64,000 nt of DNA from Schizochytrium sp. TIO01 (taxonomy: Eukaryota; Protista; Bigyra: Labyrinthulomycetes): positions 4,442,862 through 4,506,861 of the forward strand of contig SMSO01000025.1 in assembly GCA_004764695.1 (NCBI GenBank), written 5' to 3'. Each line of letters starts with the position of its first letter. Position 1 is the stretch's first letter. A program made the translations under genes and the position numbers. Of this stretch, positions 11,864-23,176 are shown one piece after another. The notes under the pieces are model-generated. The model was given only the letters and a program-made list of their open reading frames with translations, had not been told where the DNA came from and did not search any database.

Positions 11864-12859
11864 TTAGAGCTTCTCGATCATCTCCGGCACGGCCTTGAAG
11901 AGGTCAGCCTCGAGACCGATGTCACTGACCTGGAAGATGGGGGCCTCCGGGTCCTTGTTGATGCAGACAATGGTCTTGGCGTCCTTCATGCCGGCCAAGT
12001 GCTGGATGGCGCCAGAGATACCCACGGCGATGTACAGGTTGGGGGCCACGATCTTACCGGTCTGGCCAATCTGGAGCTCGTTGGGCACGTAGCCGGCATC
12101 GACGGCAGCGCGGGAGGCACCAACGGCGCCACCACCGAGCTTGTCGGCGAGGGTGTAGAGCATGTCGAAGTTCTCACCGCTCTTCATACCGCGGCCACCA
12201 GAGACGATCTTCTCAGCGGTGCCGAGCTCAGGGCGGTCAGACTTGGAGACCTCATCGGAGACCCAGGCGGTCTTGCCGGTGTTGCCCGGGCCGGAAACCT
12301 CCTCGACCTTGGCGGAGCCACCCTCGGCAGCAGCCTTGTCGAAGTTGGTGATGCGGACGGAGGCAAGCTTCACGCCGTCAGAGGACTTGACGGTGGCGAT
12401 GGCGTTACCGGCGTACATGGGGCGCTTGAAGGTGTCCTCACCGAGCACCTCGAGGATGTCGGAGATGGGCTGGACATCGAGCTTGGCGCCGAGGCGGGGC
12501 ATGATGTTCTTGCCGTCGTTGCTGGCAGAGAAGAGGATGTGGGAGAACTTCTTCTCGCCCTGGACCTGCTCGAGGAGAGCGCTGATGTTCTCAGCAACAC
12601 CGTGGTCGTAGGCGGCATCGGCGGCGGCGAGGACGGAGCTCACGCCCTCCACCTTGGAGGCCTCATCGGCGACAGTCTTGGCGTCAGCGCCGGCCACGAG
12701 GACGGTCACGTCGCCGCCGACAGCCTTGGCGGCCTGGATCACGGAGAGGGTGCCCTCCGCGAGCTTGCCCTCAGCGTGCTCGGCCACAACGAGGGTCGAA
12801 GCGAAGCGCTGGCTGGCGAAGTTGCGCCGGGCGGCGGTCTTGAGTGCGGTCGCGAACAT
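11864..12859 (-). CDS. ETFA: Mitochondrial electron transfer flavoprotein alpha subunit
   Basis: Presequence [21 protein letters not shown]. Motifs [59 protein letters not shown]. Strong GC3 codon bias. Confidence 0.98.
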   Translation of the reverse strand: MFATALKTAARRNFASQRFASTLVVAEHAEGKLAEGTLSVIQAAKAVGGDVTVLVAGADAKTVADEASKVEGVSSVLAAADAAYDHGVAENISALLEQVQGEKKFSHILFSASNDGKNIMPRLGAKLDVQPISDILEVLGEDTFKRPMYAGNAIATVKSSDGVKLASVRITNFDKAAAEGGSAKVEEVSGPGNTGKTAWVSDEVSKSDRPELGTAEKIVSGGRGMKSGENFDMLYTLADKLGGGAVGASRAAVDAGYVPNELQIGQTGKIVAPNLYIAVGISGAIQHLAGMKDAKTIVCINKDPEAPIFQVSDIGLEADLFKAVPEMIEKL

Positions 12860-12879
12860 CTTGGCTTTGGATACAACAC

Positions 12880-12887
12880 CTAGTCAG
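12880..12887 (-). promoter_or_regulatory. Probable 3' splice site (branch point fused to acceptor, CTGACTAG) of a 5'-UTR intron of ETFA
   Basis: The minus strand reads GGCTGACTAG|GTGTTGTATCCAAAGCCAAG ATG. Candidate donors lie upstream, e.g. AAG|GTGAGG at 13261. Confidence 0.55.
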
Positions 12888-12974
12888 CCTCAACTACTCT
12901 GCTGGAAATTGACGACTTCGTTTCGGGTTTGCTATTCTGCTCGAACTGTTTTCTTTGCACTGCTCTTCTGCGCT

Positions 12975-12986
12975 TTCTTTCTCTTT

Positions 12987-13027
<41 letters not shown>

Positions 13028-13204
13028 TTTCTCCCCTTCTCCCTCTATCATGCCTCGACTACCTCCACCCCTACCATTTACCATAACCACACCCTACCAC
13101 TCTATCTTTTGCTTCTGATCTTGGCACCTACTCTGCTTACCTACAGTATAGTGTATCCTTTGATCGACCTCTTTCTTTCACCTGAAAATCTTTTTGAAGT
13201 TCAC

Positions 13205-13241
<37 letters not shown>

Positions 13242-13640
13242 TTAAATTAATCTTGCCTCACCTTATCCCTAAGTATCCATCTCTTTCTTCGCCTTCACTC
13301 GCTTCGTTCCAACTGTCTTTAGCGTAATCACCATATAAACGTCCCATGCATCATAGACAGAGCGCGCCCTTCCTTTTCTTTTTTCTTCTCCTTTCTTCCC
13401 TTTCCTTTTCTTTTCTTCCCTTTCCTCTCCTTTTCTTTTCCCTCCTTTCTTTTTTCAATTTCTTCCCCTCCTCCTTCTCCTTCTGCTTCTTCTCCTTCTG
13501 CTTTCTGCCTTTTCCTTTCCTTTCCTTTCCTTTGCTTTCCTTGGTTTCCTTTCAGACCTCTCCGCTGTCTCTGCTGTATTTGGGGCTTCTCAGCTTTTGC
13601 CTTCTTCTCCTCCTCCTTCTTCTCCTTAATCTTTTGCAGA
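12975..13640. repeat. Polypyrimidine/low-complexity tracts: (TTTC)n, poly-T at 13210-13235, CT-rich 13370-13630
   Basis: Read directly; explains the spurious F/S/L- and K/E/R-rich ORFs. Confidence 0.9.
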
Positions 13641-13828
13641 CGCCGTGGTAGTCTCAAAGATTTTGATTTCCTGTAAATAAAGGCGCTCTTTCTTCCCTTC
13701 AGTCAGCATCACAAACAAAACTCATAAGAAGAATGGAGCTTTCAAGATTATCATTTCCACCTGCAGCCTAACCAGCGACAACAGCAAAAATACCTCCGCC
13801 ATGTGAACAATCCCTCAGCGATCTTGAG

Positions 13829-13860
<32 letters not shown>

Positions 13861-13959
13861 CAGAATGTCTCGCGGCGGCCTTTCGTAGCGCGTACTGCGA
13901 TGAATTGTATTCTTCTTGCGCCACAGACAAAGGGCATAGAAAGGAGAAAGAAAGAAAAA

Positions 13960-13990
<31 letters not shown>
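13829..13990. repeat. (CAT)n tract at 13829-13862 and (AAAG)n tract at 13945-13990
   Basis: Read directly. Confidence 0.9.
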
Positions 13991-13991
<1 letters not shown>

Positions 13992-15287
13992 CCAGCAAAC
14001 AGACGGAGAGAGAGACAGTAACAATTGCAATGCAAACCAATTACCTGTCCATTATGGGCACATCCCTCACTCTCTTAGCCAATGCTGTAGTGCTCCTTTG
14101 TTTCCTCACACCCCTCCTTACTCATTGACCATCTTATCTCCTTTCAATTAGCACAGTCCATGATATTAATTCACCGCATTCATTGAATTGAGTCAAAGTT
14201 TTCAATTCAAAACTACGAAGTACACTGATTATTGCTGTACTCTCGCGCATAGTAATAGCCTGGGACACGCTGCGGGGGTCTTACGCCGCGGATATACAGG
14301 TGGTAGAGGCGATGGTATCGCCGTAATAAGCTTTCAGAAAGAAATCGATCGATGTAGTTTTCTTTCTTTTCAGCGGGTCTCCGCTCGCTAGGGGGTCTTA
14401 GTAAATGGGATAGGAGGGCGCCATGTAAATCTCTGACGAGACTTTCGGAGTGATACTACTGAGTACTTACTTCCCTACCTACCTACCTACCTATCGAGCT
14501 AAGAGTAGCGTAATGTAGTGCGATGCAGTGAGTGTAATGCGTGCGGTGCAATGTAATGTAATGGATTGTAATGCGGTGCCAAGTGGAGCGATCCTGCTTC
14601 AATCCCTCCGTTTCCTCGCGGCGACTCTCTCGTGCGCAGGTAAAATCCTTCGTTTAAGCCCGACTTCCTTCGGCGGGGCCCGCCGCGATCCCTTCTTGAG
14701 CGCAGACCCGATCGCCGCCGCACTTGCGAATGCAGACAGACTTGAAGTTGATTGGTATCTCTCGAAAGAAAGTTGAAATTGACGCAACCACCTTTTTTAC
14801 TTTCAATCTTCTAACTACATCACAACAAAGCAATCAGTCCACAAACCATGCAAAGCCTACCGCACTGCTACCATTTTGCCTATCTGTCTGCTCATTTTGT
14901 TTGTTTATCCCACAAAGTTTCTTTCTCTTTTTCTTTTTCAATAAATTTTAAAAATTATTTTTAATTAATAACAAAAGCAAATAGAACTACTGTAGAGGAA
15001 AACCTCAGATTGTTTCCTTTTCTTTTTCTCGCGGCGTCTCCCGGTTTTCAGATCCTTTGCTCGTGCTATCTCTCTCTGCCTTGACACAGGTGGATAGGTA
15101 GATAGATAGATACGTCTGCCTCTCTATCCATGCACTGTTGAGGCCTTTGTTTGTTTGCGCCTGTTGGACCCTTTTCGATGATTCAATTGGTCTTCCTCAA
15201 TCCTTGAAGACGAGTGCTCAAATGTAGAAAGGTACGTTTGCGAACGTGTCTGTCATATTATTCACTCCCTCTCTCACTCATTCATTG

Positions 15288-15293
<6 letters not shown>

Positions 15294-15323
<30 letters not shown>
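15294..15323. repeat. (TA)n microsatellite
   Basis: Read directly. Confidence 0.95.
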
Positions 15324-15326
<3 letters not shown>

Positions 15327-17496
15327 ATAGATTACATGTTCATAGAAATGAATGAATCAATTGCAATCGAAACCAAGAAAAGAGAGAAAGAAAAGAAAAG
15401 AAGAAGAGCGCTGCGAGGCTAGCAGCCCCGCTAGCGCAAAGCCTAGCGCACCGTTGGCTGCGGAGGTGGTAGTGGTTCTTCTTAGTGTTCTCGCGCAGTC
15501 TGCGATTTCTAAATTTCATGAGATTGCAAATTTGGGTTTGATTGTGAGAACATTGAAAGATGATGCTGAGGAGCCGTGAAGGGAAAGAAGGACCATCGTG
15601 GGTCTGCGAAGAGCAGCGGAGCGAGGATGATCGTAAATCGTGGATCTCGAATTGCGAATATCTTGCGGAATTGAGTTGATCAAAGCGGCGAGTGCATTTG
15701 GTTTCCATTTCGAGTTGTTGTTGCCTCTTTCTGTTGGTCACCACATACATACATTGCAAGACACAACTCATTTTCAGAAAAGAAAACGTGGAGACCATAC
15801 ATACTATACATACATACTGTTTGGTGGTTCTTCATCCATCGATATCTATCTATTCATGAGCAGAGAGATGAGGAATTTATCTATCTATAAATGTGAATGA
15901 CTCATGAACAAGGGGATGAATGCATGAATGAATGCTGTATCTGCGTCGATGAAATTTAGATGGACCAAGGCAAGTCTGGTGTGCTTACTTCTTGCTTCTT
16001 TGAGCTGCCTATTTGCTGCTTTTACGTGCAGCTGATCAGCCGCTGAAAAGGCAAGTGATTCCTGCGTATTGCGCGACAAAGAGGCACCGCATATTCAGAT
16101 GTCGTCGCACAATAGGCAGACTCTATCTATCTTCTGATGATCCATATGGCATCAGCAAAGAAAGCTGTTAGCAAAGAAAGCTGTTGCTTCAATGTAACAA
16201 ACACATGAACTAAAGAAACATATGAAGAGGTAATTTGATCATGGTTAGTTAGCACGGCACCACATCTACCAAAAAGATAGAACGGATACTATGTTTAAAG
16301 GTAGGAGTAGATGTAAAGCCCGGAGCCCTTGCTTTATTAGTAATCCCAAGAATGCCATCAAACCATACTAACTAAGTAGGTATTGCGAGGCAATGCATTC
16401 ATGGAAAGAATGCTGATCAAAACTATCTTTGCTTTGGTATCGTTGCTGTTTTATTCAACCTCGAGTGTGTGTATATTCTGAAAGTTAAACGTTTGCGCAC
16501 CGGAATAGATACAGCGGGCACCGCCAAAACACAGATTACTGTAGATGTTGTTTTATTATTTCTTTATTTCTTTATTTCTCTTATGTGAAAAGCGCTTCTT
16601 CAATTTTGGATTATATGTGTGCAAGGTTTACGCACAATCTGTATCCCGCCTCGAAATAAATAGACAGTGCGCTCTGGTGAAACCAATGTATGCCATGCAA
16701 GGTCCTAGGGACCCAAAGCAGTGCGAAATGAAGTCAGCTGTTTTGATGATGTCATGATATCTTGAGATCAAATTTGCTCACTCTGGTATAAAAGTATGTG
16801 TTTATGTATGCGCGCTTTGCTTGTGGTACCTAGCTAGTTAGCAGCAACATTCCAATGGCTTTAATGTTCCAAAGTGTTGCTTGCTTTGGGAGTTTTTCAT
16901 CAATTCTCGATTCTCGATTCTCGATTCCATCGTCAATTTCATTCAAGCATGAGCCGCATTCGTTCGTTCATACATTCAATTCTTTAGTTTTTAATTCATT
17001 CATTCATTCATTCATTCATCTTGATCAGTTGATCAAGCAGCGAAGATGTCCTGGGTTTTTAGCAAAGGGACAAACAAACGCAATGAAGAAACACACGATG
17101 CTATTGCTGTGGTGATGCATCGATGACTCGCTTTTATATCTTTATTTCTTTATTTATGTATAAAATAAAGCTAGCAGTGCGGGACACCGATGTGTCCTGA
17201 GTGGTCAGACATTATCACTGCCCTTTTCAATATCCCAAGGCCCCTTTCCGAAGCTTTTGGTATTGAGGCGTCAGATAATTTCATAAAAACTAGTCTTGCT
17301 GTTGGAATCACAAAAGCAACTGACTTTCGTATTTACGATGATAAGCCGTCAAAATCTTCGCCAATCTAAGCGTGGACGTCATGATCATAGTTGCAATCAT
17401 CATCACCATCGGCGTCGCTGTCGTCGTCTTTTGGTGCCTCGTCTTTTCTGCCCGCATTGTCTTTTTTCGCTTTCTTTCTACCTGGTACAGACCTCA

Positions 17497-17775
17497 CTTT
17501 TCTTTTTCTTCTTTTCTTTTCTTTTCTTTTCTTTTCTTTGCCTCTTTTCTTTTCTTTGCCTCTTTGCCTCTTTTCTTTTCTTTGCCTCTTTTCTTTTCTT
17601 TTCTTTGCCTCTTTTCTTTTCTTTGCCTCTTTGCCTCTTTTCTTTTCTTTGCCTCTTTGCCTCTTTTCTTTTCTTTGCCTTTTTTCTTTTCTTTTCTTTT
17701 CTTTGCCTTTTTTCTTTTCTTTTCTTTTCTTTGCCTCTTTTCTTTTCTTTTCTTTGACTCTTTTCTTTTCTTCCT
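17497..17775. repeat. Pyrimidine-rich minisatellite of CTTTT and CTTTGCCT modules
   Basis: About 280 bp of alternating (CTTTT)n and TTTGCCT units. Confidence 0.9.
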
Positions 17776-18326
17776 TGAAAAGAGCAATTTCAGGCTCCTG
17801 GTCTTTTCGTCTCCACCTTAAATGCAGATTTCTTCTCTCTTGGCGGCCTCAATTCGATACTGTTTATATTAAGGCTACACTCATACATGACGTTTTTAAT
17901 ACCCCTCAAGCGCTGTGGGAGAAAGAAAAGGAGTATAGTAACGAGGTGATGGTCAGTGAAGCTATCTTTCATGTACCTTAAATGATAGGGGTATAGAGAG
18001 ATTGTAGAAACTAAGCTATCCGTTGATCATAGGTCGCACAGAACTAGTGTTGAGACAAAGGTTATGATGCGTGTCTGCTGGCACGAGTGTCGAGGAAGCA
18101 CCGATGTTATGGTTGAGGACGAGGAGGCTTTGGAGAAGTACAAATCCATGCATTGTGCCAGAAATAGCAGCTAGTCTGTAGAAATTTTGGACTGTCTCCT
18201 GGCACCTTCAGCGGTCCATCTCAACTCAATCTACTCTGCTACGAGAGTGAACTGGTAGCCTGCATGGACTCTCGCAGGTCAAAGCTAGCTTATTAAACTT
18301 TTCGAGTCTCATCGACCCTCGCACAG

Positions 18327-21300
18327 ATGATGGAGGGCGCCGAGAGTCTCAGTGATACGCCAGCAGGTTATCGCAGGCTCCAGGAGAGCGAGGAGTACTT
18401 TGGCCTGGCTGCATGGACGCATGAGGTCACTGGAGGCCTCGTGTACGAAGAGGACGTCTCCTCCGCACTCATTGCACCCGGAGTGCTGCGCCTTGTGGAT
18501 CCGGCCTCTGGTGCCTACTTTTACTTTGATGAGGTAGCCCACGTGTCCTCCTGGGCGCCTCTAGCAGCCGCAAACACAGCCAGAGAAAACGCACCAGCGC
18601 ACTCGGAAGCCGCCTCGCACGAGCAACTTCACCAGCTTGACGCTGCCAGAAGCTCCTCATTGCAGAGTGTGTACCATACATCCGTCACTACAGCTACCGC
18701 CATTCCCTTGGATCCTATTAAAGGCTTGCCTAGTGGTGGGGACCAGCTTGGAGGCCAATCACAGCGTTCTAAAGAACATCTCGATAACAACCAGCAAAGA
18801 GATTTCAAGAATTGGCATGATCTCACGGATCTAGACAAATCTGGAGATCGGCAGAATCAAGAACCTGAGATTTTTCAAGCAGCAACGCAAGACATCGATG
18901 CAGAGGAGTTGCTTGAAGTACTGCCTTGTCGAGAGGATTGCGTGGCTCCTAATAACAGTGACAACGTGCTGCTACATAACTGTGAGCCGGACGACCGACA
19001 ACTAGTCTGTGCAGACGCAGAGACAGTGCCAGCAGAGACAGCAACTGTCCATAGAGCTATAGCAGGGACTGAAGATTTGAACAGGAGGGCCTCTGGTACC
19101 AAAATGGCAGCCCAAGGAGCAAGCCCAAATGAAACGGAAAACATAGGCGGCGAGAGTGATGGAAGTGTCGTCAGGAGTAATTCTGAAGAAGATGGCTATC
19201 AGGTTGTAGGTGGTGATAAAGCTGAGGTTCCGAATGATTCTGGGACACTCATGCTACACTCCAAGAGGAGTTTTCACAGTACCAATAGTAGTATTAGCAG
19301 CAGTCATTTTTCAACGAGTAATAGTATACGAGTAGGTGGTAGTGAAGAAGAGGCAAAACACGAGGAAGATGGGAAAAGTGCGAAAGAGGGAGAAGAAGGG
19401 CGACGAGACTTTTCATCTCATAAAGGCGAACCACCCCAGCTCATTGAGCATGTTGACAGAGAGCAGCAGGATCAAGAGGCAAAATATCACTGTGAAGATC
19501 AATTTGAGATGCCACGGCAGCGCCTAGAAGATATTACAACGAGTCCCAATGACTCTCCCGAAATAGATCGAAACAACCTCAGACTGGGCGAGGAGGCAAA
19601 AGATGGTGACCCGGAAAGTGGAAGTAGTAGTGGTCGCAAAATAGCTGTCTTTACCACCACCACAGCAACTACCCAAGCAGAAGAAGCCATAGCAGTAAAT
19701 GCAGTGAAAAAAGTCAACCCAGATGACCCACATTCAGAATGGTTTGACCATCAAGATGAAAACACAGCCACTTCTTTATTTTGGCTTGACGAAGATGACG
19801 AGCTTGAAGAAGTAATAGAAAAAGATGAAGAGGATGAAGAAGATGGTGATGCTGATAATAATGATAATGATGATGATGATGATGAAGGAGGATGGACTGA
19901 TGCTGAGCAGGACAATAATGGCGTAGAAAATGAAAATAAGCGCGTTTCTGATGACTGCAAATCAGTAGGCACGCCAAAGTCGATTCATGGGAGCGAATCA
20001 TCAGTCAAAACAGGCTCAAAGAACGGTTATAACAATCACGATAGTGCTAAAATTAAAATTAATCCAGGAGTAAAGAGTCATGGCGGAGCTCTCTTGGACA
20101 ATCAAAACGAAGAGAAACCGCGATTTGAACGAGGAAATTCTAAAAAGGAGGGCGGGAGTTCAACCCATCACAGTTTGACACATCGAGAACAAAAAGCTCT
20201 TCATAAAGATCATTCACAACGACTTAAGCATCGACAGCTTCAAGAAGACAATCATAACCTGTTAAATTCAAGTCCCCATAATCATGATGTGAGCCCAATG
20301 TCTGGGCGAAGTGTACAATCTGGCTCCACCAATCTGCACTACCACACTGCTCCATCTGATTATCAATCGCGCCTGGACCGAAAATCATACTTTGCTCTCG
20401 AACGGATGCAGACGCAAATGAATCGTCGGAGACTACAGATTAAAGCAGCGGAAGATGTATATCTAAAACGAGAAGCGGAAGACTTCGATAGTCGCGGGGG
20501 GCGAACTCGTGCTATCAAATTGACTCCAGCACAGCTAGCTCGTAGGAAGCGGATCCTAGCGGAAGAAAGGCACCGTGTCGCTCAAGAGCGTGAGCTTGCC
20601 CTAATGAAAAAGCGCCGCGAGTACCTTTCAAGCTTTTATGATCGGCAACCAAAGTCAAAACATACAGATTCTGCTAGTAGGGATCTATGGGCTTCCAAAA
20701 TTCACCTACATCCAAATGCATCTCTCAATGAGTGCCCTCGTCATTGTGTACAAGGACACATTCATAGGTTTGATCTCAAAATTTTGCGAGAAGATTCTCA
20801 GGAGTCTCCAAAACGATCCTCATCACGAACGCCCAAACCTCATGGGATGCGAAAGGCAAGCATTTCATCACGCCCTCGTACCGCACCAGGCCGCGTCCGT
20901 GCTGCTTATACCAAAACCAAGTCACGGCCAAGTACTGCTCAGGGTTCACTCTCTCCGTCACCAATGCTTGATTTGTTACGTCAAGAGTTAAGCGATCGTC
21001 TACTTCAAGAAACCGGAGAATCAATGGATGATGTCCACACAGCAATGCTTTTAAGGCTTGAGAAGCCATCAAGTCGAAGGGATCGCCTTGCTAAACTTGC
21101 AGTCATTAAACCTCCTAAAATGCCAACAGTAGATATTGCCTACCTGGAAAGACGCAAAACCCAAATCGCGAAACAGAAGTCGTCGCGCAACGTTCAGACT
21201 GTTGATGCATCTGCTGTCACGGCCAGGAATAATTTTGATAACGGTATCCGTGATACACCCTATAATCAAGATGTCGCGAAGCCGCGACAACAACAAAAGA

Positions 21301-22106
21301 AAAGCTCGCGAACAGTGGTCTTCCACGATACTTCTGTCCAGCATGGCACTTCAAAGAGAGAGCTCCTAAGTAAAATAAGTGGTACAGAAGATAGTTTGCT
21401 TAGTGATGTTCAGGATAGCGAGCTAGATGACGAGCTGATGAGTATGCCAGGTGTTCATGATAGCTATGAAGGGAATTCATTCCAGTCAAGTTCAACACTA
21501 ACAGAGGCAAGGTTAGAACTTACCAAAACATCTCCAACCCGACACAGAGTGGCGCTTGTCTCAGATGATGTGTTAAGTCAGGTCTTTCGCGCGATTGACA
21601 CATCTGGAGACGGTTTCGTGGATCTAAAAGAGCTGCGATCTGCATTGCGGGAGAAGGATTTTGTGCGGGCCCTCGCTCAGAATGCACCTGGTTTAAATAT
21701 GCTTTTGCGCCCAGAGTTTTGCCAGGCGGTCTTCGAATGTATTGATGTTGATGAATCTGGTGATGTAAGCCTTGAAGAGTTTATTCGCGTATTTGGTCTC
21801 TTCCTAAATGAGTCTGAGGAGGAGCGTCAACGTCGTGTAGATTTTCGAAGGCTTTTTGATACCATGGACAGAGATGGAGATGGTAGCATTGATATGTTTG
21901 AATTGCGAAATGCTCTACGAAACGACAACAATATACGAGAAATGCTCAAGTGCAGTCCCGTTTTGCGTGTTCTTCTTCGTGGTTCTGCATACCATCGAAT
22001 CAGCTCTATTTATCTTCAATTTGACGAAGATAATTCAGGAACTCTTGAGTGGCCAGAGTTCCTCAAAGTCTGTCAAATGACATTTTACAACGACGCAGAT
22101 ACATGA
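18327..22106 (+). CDS. 1259-aa protein with a WW-like N-terminal motif, long disordered/acidic middle and 4 C-terminal EF-hands
   Basis: VDPASGAYFYFDEVAHVSSWAP is WW-like. EF loops: DTSGDGFVDLKE, DVDESGDVSLEE, DRDGDGSIDMFE, DEDNSGTLEWPE. Confidence 0.9.
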   Translation: MMEGAESLSDTPAGYRRLQESEEYFGLAAWTHEVTGGLVYEEDVSSALIAPGVLRLVDPASGAYFYFDEVAHVSSWAPLAAANTARENAPAHSEAASHEQLHQLDAARSSSLQSVYHTSVTTATAIPLDPIKGLPSGGDQLGGQSQRSKEHLDNNQQRDFKNWHDLTDLDKSGDRQNQEPEIFQAATQDIDAEELLEVLPCREDCVAPNNSDNVLLHNCEPDDRQLVCADAETVPAETATVHRAIAGTEDLNRRASGTKMAAQGASPNETENIGGESDGSVVRSNSEEDGYQVVGGDKAEVPNDSGTLMLHSKRSFHSTNSSISSSHFSTSNSIRVGGSEEEAKHEEDGKSAKEGEEGRRDFSSHKGEPPQLIEHVDREQQDQEAKYHCEDQFEMPRQRLEDITTSPNDSPEIDRNNLRLGEEAKDGDPESGSSSGRKIAVFTTTTATTQAEEAIAVNAVKKVNPDDPHSEWFDHQDENTATSLFWLDEDDELEEVIEKDEEDEEDGDADNNDNDDDDDEGGWTDAEQDNNGVENENKRVSDDCKSVGTPKSIHGSESSVKTGSKNGYNNHDSAKIKINPGVKSHGGALLDNQNEEKPRFERGNSKKEGGSSTHHSLTHREQKALHKDHSQRLKHRQLQEDNHNLLNSSPHNHDVSPMSGRSVQSGSTNLHYHTAPSDYQSRLDRKSYFALERMQTQMNRRRLQIKAAEDVYLKREAEDFDSRGGRTRAIKLTPAQLARRKRILAEERHRVAQERELALMKKRREYLSSFYDRQPKSKHTDSASRDLWASKIHLHPNASLNECPRHCVQGHIHRFDLKILREDSQESPKRSSSRTPKPHGMRKASISSRPRTAPGRVRAAYTKTKSRPSTAQGSLSPSPMLDLLRQELSDRLLQETGESMDDVHTAMLLRLEKPSSRRDRLAKLAVIKPPKMPTVDIAYLERRKTQIAKQKSSRNVQTVDASAVTARNNFDNGIRDTPYNQDVAKPRQQQKKSSRTVVFHDTSVQHGTSKRELLSKISGTEDSLLSDVQDSELDDELMSMPGVHDSYEGNSFQSSSTLTEARLELTKTSPTRHRVALVSDDVLSQVFRAIDTSGDGFVDLKELRSALREKDFVRALAQNAPGLNMLLRPEFCQAVFECIDVDESGDVSLEEFIRVFGLFLNESEEERQRRVDFRRLFDTMDRDGDGSIDMFELRNALRNDNNIREMLKCSPVLRVLLRGSAYHRISSIYLQFDEDNSGTLEWPEFLKVCQMTFYNDADT

Positions 22107-22414
22107 ACTAAATGCAATTTTGGTCACGCGAACATGGGAAAAGTATTTCATTTAGGTTTTGCTCTGTTGTTGAATTAAATGTCATTAATGACCTAAGTGA
22201 GCGTCTTATCTTCTTTAAAACAATTAGACCTTTTGTAACACCTGAATGCTGCTCCTCCAACGAATCTGTAATAGATCAAATTGGAAATCGATACACATTT
22301 ATTCGTAATTTAATAATGATTTTTAATAAACTCACATATATATACTTAAGCTAGCCTCCCTGTTTCAACAGCGGTGATCACAACCGTTCATGGGAATTCA
22401 CATTGGATGACCAG

Positions 22415-22486
22415 TTCCAGATAGTATAGTGGCTAGTATCCCCGCCTGTCACGCGGGAGACCCGGGTTCAATTCCCGGTCTGGAAA
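22415..22486 (+). tRNA. trnD-GUC: tRNA-Asp (GTC)
   Basis: Acceptor TTCCAGA/TCTGGAA, D arm GTATAGTGGCTAGTAT, anticodon arm CCCGC-CTGTCAC-GCGGG, T arm CCGGG-TTCAATT-CCCGG. No encoded CCA. Confidence 0.95.
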
Positions 22487-22493
22487 GCGATTA

Positions 22494-22502
22494 TTTTTTT
22501 TT
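22494..22502 (+). terminator. RNA polymerase III oligo-T terminator
   Basis: A T9 run starts a few nt after the tRNA 3' end. Confidence 0.8.
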
Positions 22503-23176
22503 ACCCTGAAATATATATATTTAATGTAAAAGAAAGTAAATAATTTTTTAAAGAAAGAATCTTCAAGGGAATGTTATTCGAAGAAATATGGTTTTTAGTT
22601 CTGTTGAGTGGAAACTTGCCATGATGACCACAGGGTACATCGGTGTTCAATGGTATACAATTTTTCACACTTGTTTGACTGTAAATGTAAAGAATCAGTC
22701 TAAATATTTTGAAAATAGTAGTAAATGGTTTGATTTTGAGATTATGTCTTGATATTATCTTTATAAACAGAAGAAAAAGAAAATAACATATTTGGGTTCA
22801 GTCAACTTGAGTGGGCATCATACCATGCAAGTTCTCAGTGGCAAAGAACTGCCATTATGACAGAGCTTATTCATTTGTGTATGTACCTTTCGAATTTTAT
22901 AGCAAAATTTGACAACAAGGCGTCTTTTATGTAAATTTCCTTAAATTCTTGATATTCTCATTTTTTGATGTGTTGACGCGGATTCAGCAGAGTTTCCAGC
23001 TTGTTTAGAGCCCTAGTGAACGTTGCATTTAACCCCCCTCTACAAATACTGGACCTTGTTTGAGCCGAAACCAAAAGTGATAAACGATAGGCGAGAAAAA
23101 AAAGAAGAAAAAGTTGCTATTAACTCAGAGAATAGAGATTTAGAGAATTATTTAGGCATTATCAAAGGAACATCAT

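Noticed and set aside
11999-12883. 294-aa + strand ORF and other ORFs overlapping ETFA
   Set aside because: Antisense shadows caused by GC3 codon bias.
12929-14151. F/S/L-rich and K/E/R-rich ORFs
   Set aside because: Translations of microsatellite and polypyrimidine tracts that lack stops.
17296-17981. Overlapping hydrophobic ORFs in three frames
   Set aside because: Artefact of the CTTTT/TTTGCCT minisatellite.
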